Assembly: GCF_018977255.1 (NCBI RefSeq)
Contig: NW_024704743.1
Span: forward strand, 41,108,001-41,172,000
From: Callorhinchus milii
Lineage: Eukaryota
Length of the DNA: 64,000 bases
Direction: 5' to 3'
The first letter of the stretch is position 1, and each line of letters starts with the position of its first letter. A model generated the notes under the pieces. The model worked only from the letters and a program-made list of their open reading frames with translations. It was not told where the DNA came from and did not search any database. Positions 61,746 through 64,000 of this stretch are shown here, one piece after another. The position numbers and the translations under genes were made by a program.

Positions 61746-62460
61746 TCTTGAAGTATTTCCACAAAATGATTTTGCACTGTCATCTGTGTTTTGGTTGTGA
61801 TCAATGTCTTGATTTCCCTAAAATGGTTGAATGGAGAGCTCTGTCCATCCTGTGGCAGAGAAGGTGAATTTGATTGTTTTGGAGTGAATTGTTAGATAGA
61901 GCTCCAAAACGTGAGCCAAAGAAGGTGAAACTCCATCAAATTATGAACTGCAATCTGCACAACATAGCTGGTTTGTCCACCAGAACAAAAGAGTGAAATT
62001 CACTTGTGTAACATATTAAGAGATGAGGAGGAGCTGCAACTTCTTACTTTGGTGGGAAATAGGTTACATCAATGAGAGATCAGAGGCAAGCTCATTGAGT
62101 GAGTCTTCATCGAGGGTCCCTATATTCCAAATAGTATGGGAATAATGCTCCCTATTTCCCATTTGAAGTCAATTGGGAAGACTGCTGTACGACTTGTGAT
62201 TAACCCATTTTGCATTCTACAGCTCACTTCATAAATTACACATCCAGTACCTCCAACAATTGTTGTCCTTTAATATATGATCTCATATTGTATGAAATCC
62301 CCCAAACAATAATGTAACTACATTATGCCATAGTAAGTAATAAAGGATCACAACCAAAACATATGACAGTGCAAAATAATTTTGTATGCCATGTATGTTG
62401 TTAATGATTTAGATCAAGTCAGTGTTGACTTCATTTGAACCAGTTAACTACGTGCTCGCT

Positions 62461-62785
62461 ATAATAATAATAATAATAATAATCCTTGCATTTGATTTAG
62501 CGCTTTTCACGTCGGGAGGACGTCCCAAAGCGCTTCACAGAACACACTGTAAAGTGAATTGACTGTATATTTGTGTGCGAACGCGGCAGCCAATTGTGCA
62601 CAGCAATGTCCCACAAACAGTCGTAGATTGAAAATGACCAATTTATTATTGTTTTTGGTTTTGGAGGGATTATTATTAGGCGTGTGGAGTAAGGAAACTT
62701 GCCCAAGGTTTCGCCCTGCCTGGAATTGAACTCAGGTCTCTCGCTTGCAAAGCGAGTGCTCTAACCACTGAGCTACAGGACTCCA
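62461..62785 (-). mobile_element. Young tRNA-derived SINE, short form
   Basis: Complete copy with a perfect arm CTCGCTTTGCAAGCGAG and a long (TTA)n tail. Confidence 0.96.
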
Positions 62786-62976
62786 CAATGTCCCTTATGA
62801 TAACTCTGTTCTATGAGTACCACTGGAGGAAGTAGTGAAAAGGGTTCTGACGCAAAATATAATTACAGCACTTTTTGCTGGCTCTGAATACGTGTATAAA
62901 ATACCTTGAGCTCCCTCTCATGGGAAGACTCAGTATTTCTATGGAAGTCTCTATTGGGGCTCTTTGATATTGTAGA

Positions 62977-63075
62977 CAACAACAACAACAGCAACAATTT
63001 GCATTTATATAGTGCGCCTCACGCAGGGTAGCGTTCCAGAGCATTTGATATTGTCGGATCATGACCCTGAGCCGG
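62977..63075 (-). mobile_element. L2 3' tail fragment
   Basis: (CAA)n-TTTGCATTTATATAGTGCGCCTCACG. Confidence 0.8.
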
Positions 63076-64000
63076 AAATCCTCTAATTTTCAGAATTAAC
63101 ATCTTTTCTATCCCATTGCTGCCTCAGTGATTTAGCTTTTACTGCAGCTGAACACGGTATTGTTACTGTTCTGGTAGCAGGAGATTTAATGAAGGCTCCC
63201 ACTTTTACCAAACTTGACAAATCCTTGTGCTATTTGAGAGTTGACTTATATCAGATACCGTCACATTTGAATAGCTTGTAACACAACTGCACTGACGTTC
63301 CCAATGTACAAGTCAATACATCTGATGAGATGGATTCCTCAGCAGGCCAGCGTACTCTACACATCAAGAAACAAAGCCTTGGAGAGAGCCTTAGCACTAG
63401 ACCACATTTTTTGAAGTGAAATATTGGAGTGCGTATCTTAAGTGAAGGCATTGCACAATAATCTTGTATATCAGGCACTTAATCTATGAGTCTATCACAT
63501 CAATAACATCATGGGCCAACACAAATCTCTTCAGCTAAATTTTATAGTATTAGGTCTTTTGTACTAGATAAATGCTCTATGCTGATGATGTATACAGATA
63601 GATAGTTCCAGGCATTACAACTTTTGTGCCGATGGCTATTTTGTCTGATTTGGTGCATTGTTGTTATTCTTGGTCTCCAGATATTCTGGGAGATGACTAC
63701 TGGTAGTGTATTGTAAGACCCTCAGAATTTATTATCTATAATAATCACTGGCAAGAAATACATTTGCTCATGCAAAGTGGCTGTCCTCCTAAGCAATCGC
63801 TTTGAAAATAATGTTTTCATTTATTCAGGAAAGGAGACAAGTGAAGAGTGAAGTATGTGATTTTCTTCACAACAATAACAAACACATGTAAAGTGACAAT
63901 GCATTTCAAACCAATACATCATCACATCACATGTATTCATTGAAAAGAGATGCACTAAACTAATCTTCATAACAATATTGCCTTTTTAATGCATGATATC

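Noticed and set aside
8400..62785. CRISPR-like or other prokaryotic system suggested by recurring near-identical sequences
   Set aside because: The repeats are dispersed SINEs of about 300 bp in both orientations. There is no repeat-spacer periodicity, cas-like ORF or operon structure.

Overview
Eukaryotic, vertebrate-type genomic DNA that is intronic or intergenic. The repeat content (L2 and CR1 LINEs, Deu-domain SINEs, AmnSINE2-like SINEs, Penelope termini) points to a cartilaginous fish, possibly a chimaera such as Callorhinchus; this assignment is an inference. No intact protein-coding gene, rRNA, true tRNA gene or CRISPR array can be supported. The long ORFs are fragments of LINE reverse transcriptases or their antisense frames. 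The window holds many L2 and CR1 copies, several nested (one with a clear 7-bp TSD), and about 15 copies of a young tRNA-derived SINE whose 3' tail is shared with L2. It also holds three fold-back Penelope-like termini with hammerhead-ribozyme cores, a duplicated Harbinger/PIF transposase relic near 58.7-60.3 kb, and four copies of an A-tailed repeat I cannot classify. The TE-poor stretch at about 46.8-58.6 kb contains speculative minus-strand exons. I found no convincing novel biological system. Family names come from recalled motifs, not database searches, and element boundaries are approximate.
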